Source: an uncultured Clostridia bacterium (GTDB lineage Bacteria > Bacillota > Clostridia > TANB77 > CAG-508). Taken from it: a DNA stretch of 64,000 nt. Position numbers and translations under genes: made by a program. Below are positions 49,201 through 59,700 of the stretch, in pieces; the stretch's first letter is position 1; every line of letters begins with the position of its first letter. The DNA lies in contig CANRCF010000002.1 of NCBI GenBank assembly GCA_947629045.1, positions 32,012-96,011 of the forward strand, read 5' to 3'. The notes under the pieces were generated by a model. The model was not told the DNA's origin. It searched no databases and worked only from the letters and a program-made list of their open reading frames with translations.

Positions 49201-50167
49201 AAATTTCTATATTTCTATTTTTTACTAATTTAAATAACTTTATGGCATTTTCATAGGTTATTTTTGCTATTTCTTCTACTGGAATATTTTTAATTTTTGC
49301 TATTTTTTCTGCAATATATTTCACATTTCTTGAATCGTTTCTTGTTCCTCTATTTGGCTCTGGAGCTAAATATGGGCTATCTGTTTCAATTAGCATTTTA
49401 TCTAATGGAACCATACTTACCACTTCTTCTACATTTTTGGCATTTTTAAAAGTTATAATTCCTGCAAACGAAATATAAAATCCTAATTTTAATCCTTCTC
49501 TAACTAAGTCTACATTTAGTGGGCAACAATGAAGAACACCTTTATTATCTGAAACATTATTAGAAATATTATTAGAAATTTTATCTGGAACATTATTAGA
49601 AAGTTTCTCCTGCTTTAAAATTTCTAATGTATCATAAATTGCATCTCTTGTATGGATTACTATTGGTAAATCCAATTTGTTTGCAATTTCTATTTGTTTT
49701 TTAAATGCTAATTTTTGATCTTCTTTATTTTCTTTGTCCCAATGATAATCTAGCCCTATTTCTCCTATTGCTACTACTTTTGGGCTTTTAGCTAACTTTT
49801 CTATTTGTTCTAATTGTTTATTTAGCTCTGCTTCAAAATTTATTTTGCTTTGTGGTGTTTTGATTTCTGGATTTATTTCTTCTTCTTTTTTTATTTTTTC
49901 TGCTTCTTGCATATTTATTTGTAACCCAATATTATTTTTCTCCTCATAATCTGAACCACCAGGAATATTGCTTGGATGAATTCCTACTGTGGCATAAATA
50001 AAATCATGGTTACTTGCTATTTCCACTGCTTTTCTTGAGCTTTCTATATCATACCCCACACATACTAATTTTGTAATTCCGCTTTCATATATTTCATTTA
50101 AAATTTCTTCTTTATCTTCCTCAAATTTTTCATCATTATAATGTGCATGTGAATCAAATAATTCCAT
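49199..50167 (-). CDS. tatD: TatD family metal-dependent hydrolase with two low-complexity insertions
   Basis: DSHAHY N-terminus, IGEIGLDY, HTRDA and ETDSPYLAP motifs. Lys/Glu-rich and Asn/Ser-rich inserts. Confidence 0.88.
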   Translation of the reverse strand: MELFDSHAHYNDEKFEEDKEEILNEIYESGITKLVCVGYDIESSRKAVEIASNHDFIYATVGIHPSNIPGGSDYEEKNNIGLQINMQEAEKIKKEEEINPEIKTPQSKINFEAELNKQLEQIEKLAKSPKVVAIGEIGLDYHWDKENKEDQKLAFKKQIEIANKLDLPIVIHTRDAIYDTLEILKQEKLSNNVPDKISNNISNNVSDNKGVLHCCPLNVDLVREGLKLGFYISFAGIITFKNAKNVEEVVSMVPLDKMLIETDSPYLAPEPNRGTRNDSRNVKYIAEKIAKIKNIPVEEIAKITYENAIKLFKLVKNRNIEI

Positions 50168-50211
50168 TTTTTCCTCTTTTCTTTATTTACATTATTTTTA
50201 AATAAATTTAA

Positions 50212-50281
50212 TGAACAATATAATTTTATGTAGTAGTATGGAAATTATATTGTTCACACTATATGTTTATTATATTGTTCA
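50212..50281. repeat. TGAACAATATAAT hairpin-family element (15-bp stem plus an extra half-copy) between acpS and tatD
   Basis: TGAACAATATAATTT (50212-50226) pairs with AAATTATATTGTTCA (50242-50256). A third arm ATTATATTGTTCA lies at 50269-50281. Confidence 0.75.
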
Positions 50282-50301
50282 TATTATCTTCAAATATTAT
50301 A

Positions 50302-50673
50302 TTATTCAAATAAAATTGTAAAGCTTGCTACTGCATATTCTGATAGATGTGATAAGCTTAAATCCATGTCTACAATGCCTTGTATATTAAGTTTGCTTAA
50401 ATTTGCATATGGCTTTCCATCTTTATTATTTTTTATTTCAATTTTGTTCCAAATATCATCTTTTTCAAAAATTCTTGATGATATTGCCTTAAATATTGCC
50501 TCCTTTGCTGCAAAACGTGCAGCATAATGTTGATATTCCATCTTTCCTGTATTATTGCAATACTCTATTTCGTCAGAGGTATAAACTTTATTTAAGAATC
50601 TTTCTCCATCTCTTTCTATCGCTTCTTTTATTCTTTTTACTTCTATAATGTCTACTCCTGTTTGTATTTTCAT
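50302..50673 (-). CDS. acpS: holo-[acyl-carrier-protein] synthase
   Basis: 123 aa. GVDIIEVKRI N-terminus and FAAKEA motif. Confidence 0.88.
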   Translation of the reverse strand: MKIQTGVDIIEVKRIKEAIERDGERFLNKVYTSDEIEYCNNTGKMEYQHYAARFAAKEAIFKAISSRIFEKDDIWNKIEIKNNKDGKPYANLSKLNIQGIVDMDLSLSHLSEYAVASFTILFE

Positions 50674-50813
50674 TGTTATCTCCTATTTTTAATTACAATA
50701 AATAAGTTTTATATTTACTTATAACTTGTAACTTTACTTTTTACTTTACATATTTTTTTATTGATTACATTATCTAATAAAAAGTATTTATTATAATGCT
50801 AATATTTTATTTC

Positions 50814-52037
50814 TTACTTAAAAAATATATTAATTAAACTTACAACAGCTAATATTGCAACAGCTATGGCAATCCACTTATTATGCTTGTTCGTTCTTTC
50901 TATATTATACTCTTTATATAATAAATCATATCCATTTTTTAATTTTTCAAATGTTTCGTCTAAGTTTTGTGCCTCACTATAATACTTTTCTAGAATTATA
51001 CCTTTGTCATTATTAGTTACTTCATAAGTCCAGCTGTTTCTCGAAAAATTTATAAATTCCTGTTGTATGCTTTTGAAATTACTTGTTTGTGAAAATTCAT
51101 AATTTAACTGCTTTAAATATATCTTTTTGTATAGGTTATAAATAAAATGATACAAGCCTTCATTTTCATATTCAAAAAGTAAATTTGTATAATTTTTCAT
51201 ATTACTAGCTGATGTAAGTAACATCGTACTATTATTAGAAAATCCATAATATGCATATTTTTCTTGGTAGATTTGTTTACTATTCATTTTCGCATCAACT
51301 GTTTGCTCACCTGCTGGCCTTATACGATAGTATTTTTCAAATTCCTTTTCTATAATTTCTGGATTTGTATTTTCATTCCAGCTTTCTGCTTCTAAGCAGG
51401 TATAAGAATAAGTAATTAAACGGTTAGTGTCTAGATTAACCTTTTTAGCCTTTAGATTAGAACCTGCAATACGCTCTATAAAGTTTGAAAAGGTTTGCAT
51501 ATTTCTAAATTTTGTAGTTTGTATTTTAATATTATCATATTCTCTTGGTTGCACTATTTTAGACTGAATGTCTCTAAATTTATAATTAAAGTTAAGAACA
51601 TCAGAAAAATTTGATCCTTCGCTTAACATAGTTTTAACTAATAAAAAGCATAGTCCTGTTGAAAAACATATAATTTCCATTCTGTTAATATCAAAGAAAA
51701 TTCCTCCGCCTTCTCCTATTTTAGCTGGTATATCTTCTCTTATATTATATTCAAAAATACAGGCTTCTTTTTTACTCAAAACTGTGGCTCTCATCCTATT
51801 ATCTAATGAATTATAATCTCTTAAACCTTCTTTACTTAAATATAAGGACCAAAACATTTTATTTTTTATTTCTGGCAAAAAATATGAGTCAATTTGAATG
51901 TCTTTCTTTTTATCAAATAATTTTAATTCACATTCGGGTTTTCTTAACAAACTATGCAAATAATTTACATAGTCTTTTTTCTCCACAAAATATGGATAAA
52001 TAAAATATGTATATTGATATTTTGTCTTTAGTTCCAT
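50814..52037 (-). CDS. hypothetical protein, cytoplasmic alpha/beta plus helical region with a single C-terminal TM anchor
   Basis: 407-aa ORF with coding-like composition and a hydrophobic tail WIAIAVAILAVVSLINIFF. I recognise no family motif. Confidence 0.5.
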   Translation of the reverse strand: MELKTKYQYTYFIYPYFVEKKDYVNYLHSLLRKPECELKLFDKKKDIQIDSYFLPEIKNKMFWSLYLSKEGLRDYNSLDNRMRATVLSKKEACIFEYNIREDIPAKIGEGGGIFFDINRMEIICFSTGLCFLLVKTMLSEGSNFSDVLNFNYKFRDIQSKIVQPREYDNIKIQTTKFRNMQTFSNFIERIAGSNLKAKKVNLDTNRLITYSYTCLEAESWNENTNPEIIEKEFEKYYRIRPAGEQTVDAKMNSKQIYQEKYAYYGFSNNSTMLLTSASNMKNYTNLLFEYENEGLYHFIYNLYKKIYLKQLNYEFSQTSNFKSIQQEFINFSRNSWTYEVTNNDKGIILEKYYSEAQNLDETFEKLKNGYDLLYKEYNIERTNKHNKWIAIAVAILAVVSLINIFFK

Positions 52038-52119
52038 TTTGATTCCTCATTTTCTTATTTATCTTAGGTTTAATATTCTTTGTTTATCATTTTAAATTTC
52101 TGAAATTATTGTCTTACTA

Positions 52120-53646
52120 TTATTTATCTGTATAGTAATTTAAATTTAAATCTTCTCCTCTGTGCCATTTTCCTATAAATTCAATAATAGAATTATTTTC
52201 TAGTCCATAGGCTGGTGTAATTACTTCTTCTCCTTTAGAATTTATGCATCCCCACATTCCGTTTTTCTTTACACTTGCATAACCAAACTCGTTTTGCTCT
52301 TTCGCATCATCATAAATGTAATTTACTACTACTATGCCATCTTTATTTACATATCCATATTTGCCATCTTTTTTTGATAAGAATAATGTATTAGTTGTTA
52401 ACAACTCAATATTGCTTTTTTCTTCAAATTTGAAATTATAGTATTTATATTCTCCATTTGTTCTTATTTTCATATATCCATTTTCTACATTTATTTCTGA
52501 TAAAATTCCTGTTTGTTTTACAGTAAAATCGGTTCCTATAAATTCTGTTTCAAATGAATCCTTCTTTGTGCCTTCTAAAAATCCTACATCTGCTCTATAT
52601 ATAAGCTCCTCATATTCTGGTTTTAGAGTAACCTCGCCAGAAGAGTTCATAACACCATATAAATTATTCTCTTTATAAATGTATTTATCATCAAATGCAT
52701 AATTCATATCTTGATATTTAACTGCTACTTTTTCCTCTGCTGTATCTAATGTAAGTATTCCATATTGATTTTTTCTTTTAATTACTGCCATATTTGATTT
52801 AATATTAATTACTTCATCAAATTTACCTTTTAAATAAGTATTTCCGTCTTTATCGATAATTTCCCAATCTTGTCCGTCTTTAACTACATATTTATCATCA
52901 CTGCATATTGGTTTAATATCATCATATTTTATTTCTACTGCTACTACATCATTGCGTTTTACTACTCCCATTTTTTTAGAGTCATCTGTTACAATATAGC
53001 CATCTTCTGCTTTTGTAGAAACTGGCTTAATCTCTGTATATTTTTCTTCTATTACAACTGCACCAATATTATCTACTAAACCTACTTTTTCATCTTTTTT
53101 AGCTACATAGCTATTTGTAATTCCTTTTAGAGTTTCTATTTCATCATATTCACATTTCAAAAGTTCTTTACCTTTAAAATCTATTAATCCGTATTTGTCA
53201 TCTTTTTTAACTAATAGTACATCCTTTTCATACCACAAATTATTATTGCTATCATAATTTTCTAATGGTAGTATTGCATCATAGCCTGTAATAAATTCTT
53301 CACCTTTGCTATTTAATACTTCTGTACGATATGTTCCATCATTGTAATTTACATCATATACACATAAGAATAAATCTTTTGTATTGTCTGGAATAATAAT
53401 TGCTTCTTCATAATCAGGCTTTATTATGATTTCACCTTTTGAGTTTATAACACCCCATTTACCATTTGTATATACTGCAAAATATTGATTTGGAACTGTT
53501 TTACTTGATGTTGTAGTACTTTTGCTAAACATTTTTACAATTCCAATTATTGTTATAACAATTACTATTAATGCTATTAGAACTGCTACAACTTTTTTCA
53601 TATTTAGTTTTTGTCCTTCTCTTCCATATCTTTTTCCTCTACCCAT
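52120..53646 (-). CDS. membrane-anchored WG (KWG)-repeat protein
   Basis: N-terminal TM helix, then about 9 repeats of the type K(W/Y)G(V/L)I(D/N)..G..(I/L)....Y(D/E). RBS GGAGGT lies 8 nt upstream of the ATG. Confidence 0.75.
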   Translation of the reverse strand: MGRGKRYGREGQKLNMKKVVAVLIALIVIVITIIGIVKMFSKSTTTSSKTVPNQYFAVYTNGKWGVINSKGEIIIKPDYEEAIIIPDNTKDLFLCVYDVNYNDGTYRTEVLNSKGEEFITGYDAILPLENYDSNNNLWYEKDVLLVKKDDKYGLIDFKGKELLKCEYDEIETLKGITNSYVAKKDEKVGLVDNIGAVVIEEKYTEIKPVSTKAEDGYIVTDDSKKMGVVKRNDVVAVEIKYDDIKPICSDDKYVVKDGQDWEIIDKDGNTYLKGKFDEVINIKSNMAVIKRKNQYGILTLDTAEEKVAVKYQDMNYAFDDKYIYKENNLYGVMNSSGEVTLKPEYEELIYRADVGFLEGTKKDSFETEFIGTDFTVKQTGILSEINVENGYMKIRTNGEYKYYNFKFEEKSNIELLTTNTLFLSKKDGKYGYVNKDGIVVVNYIYDDAKEQNEFGYASVKKNGMWGCINSKGEEVITPAYGLENNSIIEFIGKWHRGEDLNLNYYTDK

Positions 53647-53774
53647 TACTTATTACCTCCAAATAGGTTGAAAGCTAAATATAGTATAGCCTATTTTATA
53701 GCTATACTATATCACATTTTTATATTAAATTACAAGGATTTTGTCAATTTTTATAAGATTGTACTTAGTTATTC

Positions 53775-56312
53775 TTACGAAACCTTTGCTACAATTACTG
53801 TCATGTCATCTTTTTGCATTCCGTATTCACTATCAATTGCTTCATTTAAAATCATGTTAGCTATTTGCTGTGCGTCGTCTGTTTGCAAATCTTCTAGCAA
53901 ATATTTTACCCAAAGCTCTTTATTTATGTATTCTGTATTTGCATCTATAATTCCATCACTACACATTACTAAAATATCACCTGCTTGTAGGTCGTAATCA
54001 TATACAATTAAATCTGTATTTTCTAATATTCCAGTTGGCAAAGTTAAAGCTTTTAATAATTGCACTTCTTTGTTTCTTTTTATAAATGTTGGACACGCAC
54101 TACTTTTAATAAATTCCATATTTCCTGCATATAAGTCTAATATTTGCATATCTAAGGTCGCATACATATCTTCTTTGGTGTTTGCTACTAATGTTGCATT
54201 TATTAAGTTTAGTGATACCTCTTTGTTAAAGCCTGCTTTTAGCAATCTTTCTAGCATTTTTATTGCTATTTTACTGCTTTTCATTGCTTCTGGACCAGAA
54301 CCCATTCCGTCACTAATTGCAATTAAATATTTTCCGTCTTCTAGTTTTGTTTCAGTGTGGCTATCTCCAGAAACTGGTGAGCCATTTTTAACTGCGCTTG
54401 CTACGCCTACTTGTAATTTAAATTTATCTTGTGAATAGTAGCTAAATTTACAGCCTTGTTTTTGCTCTCTTAATCCACATTCTTGTGCCTGTATAACGAA
54501 CTTATCTTTTAATACTTTTTCTAATATTTTAGCTATTTTTTTGATATTACATTTATTTCCTTCTATGTCATCACATAGCTTTGTATATACTTCTACATAG
54601 TACCTGCCTGAAGGATTTTTCTTTATTTTCAAGCTTTCTATGGCTATTTCTTTTTGCTCTAATAGACTTCTTATTTCTTTTTCTTCTGTTTCAAACGGAT
54701 TTTTTTCTTCTTCCTTCATTTCTTCTGCCATTGATGAAATTGCTTTTGATACACCATCTAATTGTGATGATACGCTCTTTTTGTTTTCTTCTATTTTTCT
54801 TTTCCAAATGAAGTTTACTTTACTAATTCTATATGCTGAGTTTATTGCTTTTATCATTTTTGAAACATCTTCTACAATTTGCTCATTTTTTTCTTCAAAG
54901 CCTATGATGTATTGATTATGCTTTTCAAATATTCTTACTAATTCCTTTTCCGTAATTACTTCTTGCTCTAATAAATGTGAAAATACTTCATCTATAATTC
55001 CGTTTTCACTATCAGATATTTCATCATATAAAATATTATCTTCTAATTCTAATAAATTGCCTTCTAGCTCTTCTTTAAATACTTGCTCATTAGATAGCTC
55101 TTCTGCTTTTAAATCTTTTTCATCTAATATTGTGCTTGCCGCTTCTTCATAGCTTTTTGCTAAGTCGCTAATTGTTTCTGACATACTGTTTAATTTAAAT
55201 ATTGTGTCTTTATTTTCTGTTATAGCTCTACCAGTAGTCTCTGGAAGTAGTTTATTTTTTCTGTTATATAGGTCTTCAATGTTAATTTCAAATCTTTTTG
55301 GTACAGCTAAAAGCCCTAGTGATGCTATTAATATTTCTTGAATTAGAATTACTGGTGCAGTATTTCCATTTGCTACATAATTTAGAATAACATTTCCTAA
55401 AATAAATCCGGCTATTACACCTATTCTTCCAAGCTTATAAAACAAACCTGCTATCATTCCTGAAAGTGCATATGCTGCAATAAGTATAGGGTCACTATTT
55501 CCTATAATTCCAAGTACCACGCCTATTGTAACGCCACCAGTAGCACCTACTAGTATTCCATTTTTCCAACCTAGAATTAAAACTATAAGGATGCTTATTA
55601 TGTGGCATACGCTATACCCAAATATATTTAAATTTCCAAATGCCATACTTGCTATTGCAAGAAGAAGGCTTGTCCCCATAACTTCTTCTATTGCAAATGC
55701 TTTTTTTATTTTAAATTCACTTATCATTAAAATTGAATTTGCAAATATTTTGTAAAATACGATGCTTGTAATTGTAAGCATTATACTTGTTAGCAAGTCA
55801 TAGAAATAGAAGGTTCTAAAAAACATAGGTATAACTTGCACTACTAATACTGCTATTCCTAAGTGCACCCCTACTCTTTTTTGTTCATTTGTGTTTTCTT
55901 CTTCTTTTGGCTGTTTTATAAGAATCAAAACAAAGAATAACAAGCTTGTTAAAAAGTACAATAATAAACTATTAGGTCCAAAAGAAATAAATGTACCTAA
56001 TAATGTAAATAAATATGCAATACCTATTGTTTTACGGTTTGCTACCATTGCTGATATAAAGCTTATGGCAAATGGGCTCATACTAAGTACAATACTTTCA
56101 CTTTTAAAGCCTACCATTGATACCATAAAAGAAATTAAATATAATATGATATTTTGCAAAGAAAATAACTTAGTTATTATTTGCTTTGCTTTATTTGAAC
56201 CATTTTCATAATCTAAATCGTCTGAATTTAAACCATTTAAATTGCTATTTCTATATGAATAATTTTCATATTCTTGTTCATCATTATTTTCTCTTTGTAT
56301 ATTTTGAAACAC
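53775..56312 (-). CDS. spoIIE: stage II sporulation protein E (polytopic membrane PP2C phosphatase)
   Basis: About 10 TM helices, a central regulatory region and a C-terminal PP2C (ISDGMGSG..., CSDGIIDA, DDMTVIVAKV). The start is uncertain: GTG at 56312, or GTG at 56324 overlapping the RBS. Confidence 0.88.
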   Translation of the reverse strand: MFQNIQRENNDEQEYENYSYRNSNLNGLNSDDLDYENGSNKAKQIITKLFSLQNIILYLISFMVSMVGFKSESIVLSMSPFAISFISAMVANRKTIGIAYLFTLLGTFISFGPNSLLLYFLTSLLFFVLILIKQPKEEENTNEQKRVGVHLGIAVLVVQVIPMFFRTFYFYDLLTSIMLTITSIVFYKIFANSILMISEFKIKKAFAIEEVMGTSLLLAIASMAFGNLNIFGYSVCHIISILIVLILGWKNGILVGATGGVTIGVVLGIIGNSDPILIAAYALSGMIAGLFYKLGRIGVIAGFILGNVILNYVANGNTAPVILIQEILIASLGLLAVPKRFEINIEDLYNRKNKLLPETTGRAITENKDTIFKLNSMSETISDLAKSYEEAASTILDEKDLKAEELSNEQVFKEELEGNLLELEDNILYDEISDSENGIIDEVFSHLLEQEVITEKELVRIFEKHNQYIIGFEEKNEQIVEDVSKMIKAINSAYRISKVNFIWKRKIEENKKSVSSQLDGVSKAISSMAEEMKEEEKNPFETEEKEIRSLLEQKEIAIESLKIKKNPSGRYYVEVYTKLCDDIEGNKCNIKKIAKILEKVLKDKFVIQAQECGLREQKQGCKFSYYSQDKFKLQVGVASAVKNGSPVSGDSHTETKLEDGKYLIAISDGMGSGPEAMKSSKIAIKMLERLLKAGFNKEVSLNLINATLVANTKEDMYATLDMQILDLYAGNMEFIKSSACPTFIKRNKEVQLLKALTLPTGILENTDLIVYDYDLQAGDILVMCSDGIIDANTEYINKELWVKYLLEDLQTDDAQQIANMILNEAIDSEYGMQKDDMTVIVAKVS

Positions 56313-56654
56313 TTTTAAAATCACCCCTACTTTTTTAATTTGCTTTTATTTTAGTACAAGCTATTTAAAATTTTTGTCGTTTTGAATACTCAAATTAAAA
56401 AAGTTTTCTTTCTTAATTGTCATCTTTAGTGTTCTTTTTATTTTTTTCTCTCTTATTTGTTTTCTATTCTATCGTAAAATGTCTAAAAATACAAGCTTTT
56501 GTTATGTTATTTTTAAATTTTAATTAAGAATAATTTTGTCTTGCTTTTGAAGGTTACTTTTACAACTTATCACAATTTTTAGCGTGTTTTATTTTTACTA
56601 ATAATTATTATAATTCACATTTCATTTAAAAAAGATTTTTATATTTATTTAACT

Positions 56655-56697
56655 AAAAAAGAAGACTGTTTCAAAACTTGAAACAATCTCCTCTTTT
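56655..56697 (-). terminator. intrinsic terminator after adhesin gene 3
   Basis: Stem CTGTTTCAA/TTGAAACA around an AACT loop, extended by GA..TC pairs, flanked by A6 and a T-run. Confidence 0.55.
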
Positions 56698-56712
56698 ATT
56701 ATTTACAATGTC

Positions 56713-59700
56713 TTATTTTTTAAGTATTGTTTTCTTAATAACAATTACTGCTACTGCAATTATTGCTACTACAAATATACTTAATCCAATGTATAAGTAA
56801 TGTGTACCAAATGGTGGTAATATAACTACATCCTCTGCTCTACTTGCATCTGGTTCTGCAGGACTCATTGCTGGGTCTTGATTTCCTTGTATTGAGAATG
56901 CCATTCTTCTTCCTACAGTATTTGAAATTGATACTATTTCTGCCATATTCTTATATAATAAGTCGTCTCCTGAATTTTGTGCTGTTATTGTTTGTGTTAA
57001 TACTAATGTTGTTCTATCTATACTATCTTCTTCATTTCCGCTTCCTAATGGTTTTAATTTTTTATTTAAGTCATCTGTAGTAAGAATTGTATTATATTTT
57101 CCTTTTATTGCATTTTGTACTTCTGGACTTACGTATTTATTTGCACTGATATCAGCTTCTGTGATTGGTGTCCATTTTGATGATGTATTATTCTTAGGTT
57201 CATATTTTAAGTTGTTTGCTACATAGTCAATTACTAAGTCTGCACTTGTTGTTACCATGCTATCTTTATTTTTTACATCACCTAGATAATAGAATGATTT
57301 ATCGTTGTAGTCTTCCTCACCAATATTCTTTACTGTCATATCATATGTTATTTGAATTGTTGTACCATGCATTATTTCTTCATCCATTGTTGCTTGTATT
57401 AATCCGTTTTGGCCATTTACTATTGTCTTAATATGATTTAATACATAGTCTCTAAATTCTTTATATCTAGTGTAATCGCTATATACATATTGTTTATTTT
57501 GAGTAGCAGTTGGTCCTACATTATCATATCTTGTTTCTGTCTTCTTGTCATTTACATTGTATACGTGTTTTGATACCCAAATTAAGTTGTCTGCTTTTTG
57601 TGATGCATCAAATAATACTGTACCATTTGCAAGTGTTATCTTTACATTGCCTACTTGTTTATTTAGTTCTAATCCTGCTTTTGGTCTTTCTTCTAAGCCT
57701 AAGTCTAAGTCTTTGATATAGTAATTTCCATTAAATTGATTATCATTATTATGTTGTATACCATTATCATTTCTTTCTTGGTTATTTCCTTTTGAAGATT
57801 CCCTATTGTATTCTACTTCTACTCTTATTACACCTGTATAAGCCATCATAGGAAGTCTTCCGCTTTCTTGTTCTTTTGCTCCTTCATATGATACACTGTT
57901 TGCATATTTGCTATTTGTTGATTCTCTTAAGCTCCAGATATCTTTTGCATCTGATACAAGTAGTCCAGCGTTATCTGCTTTTGCTATACTGTATCCATAA
58001 GTTCCAGGTTCATTTTGTCCTTCTACATCTGTATAGCCAACATAACCTGATTTATTTTGTCCACTAATATCAGTTCTACCATTTTGGTCTATTTTTGCTC
58101 CTGTTGCTAAATTCATTTGATAACTTGTTGATTTATAGTCTTGTGCATTATATGTTTCTCCATTATAAGTGAATCTTACAACATAATCTCCTGGTACATA
58201 ACCATCAAAACTATATTTACCATTTGCATCAGTTATTGCAGTTCCTGGTACCCATTTATTAGTAGCATTATCATATACTTGTGCTATATTGTCATTTACT
58301 ACGCCATTTACTACTTCATGTAATGTTACTTGTATTCCTGCTATTCCAACTTCACCAGTTTCTCTTACGCCATTTCCTATTAATGCATTTGTTCCACTTG
58401 GTGAATATGTTCTCTTATCTTCCCATGTTGTTCCGTCTATTTTTCTAACCCAATCATCATCAGCATATATTTTGATGCCTCTTGCTTCATCTGAATCATC
58501 CTCTTTAGCAATTATATAGTTACCTGGATTAGAATCTATATCTATGATACCAGCATAATCGTTTGTGCCTTTTTTAATTCCGTTTGGTAGTGTAGTATTG
58601 TTATTATACCATGTTGTATAACCATTTATTTCTGCAATATTGTGTTTTGCTGAATTTCCTATCTTTTCGTCTAAACATAATCCGTTTCCAGCTGGTACTT
58701 TATCTTTTACTTTAAATGTTAAGTATAAGTATAAGTTATCTCCTGGAACTAATTTATGTTTATTGCCATCATTTAATTTAACATATAATTTGTTATAACC
58801 GCTCATATTAGATTCTGTTGTTCCGCCATATTGTGAATAATCACGATATCTTCCATTTCCGGTTTTATTATCATCATTAATTGATGTTACTTGTTTAAAG
58901 TTTTTAAATGATCCTTGTCCATAGTTTATGCCGTTTGAATTTAACATTTCAGTATATACAGCATTTGAATTTGGTATTCTTGTAATTGAATAGTCGTTTT
59001 GATCATCTTTTTCATCATAATACATTGCCCATGACATATTGTCTACAAAATCATAATCCTCATCAAAGTAGTCAACAACTTCATCTATTTGTGAAACAAT
59101 TCCTAAAGAAGCATTGTGTATTACTAATTTATATGTAACATATACTTGTAATCTTTCATCTGCTGATATATCTGTATTTAAGTAAGATTGTGCATCTGAT
59201 TTATATAATGCTCTATTATATGTAGATGAGTAATAATCTGCACTATTTAATCTTACAGTTATGTCCCAAGGTTTTTCAATATCAGTTTTATTTCCATTTT
59301 CGTCTACCACATAATCTTTAGTTCTTGAATCATATTCATAAGTTTGTGCTTGTCCATTTACTGTTACGCCTACTTTATAAACATCTTTACTTAATGATAA
59401 ATCAGTTTGTGGTCTTCTTGTTAATCCTAAGTTTATATGCATTGCGTGAGTATAAATACCTTCATGATATTCATGTTGCACAAAAACTTCAACCGGTTTT
59501 TCGATATAAGTGCCAGTTTCCTCGTCATATTCTTTGTAATATTCTGTCCATGAACTTTCATAAGGTGAAGTTTCATAGTACATTTCTATATAGTCATTTT
59601 TAACTACATATTTATCATAATTATCTACTAATTCACTGTTTTGTGGTTTTGTGTATGCTGTTATTTTACAATCTTCAATAAATTGTAATTTTCTTTGTAA

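Noticed and set aside
56375-56400. A possible Spo0A box (TGTCGTT) upstream of spoIIE.
   Set aside because: It has two mismatches to the TGNCGAA consensus in either orientation and is a single occurrence. That is not enough to call a regulatory site.
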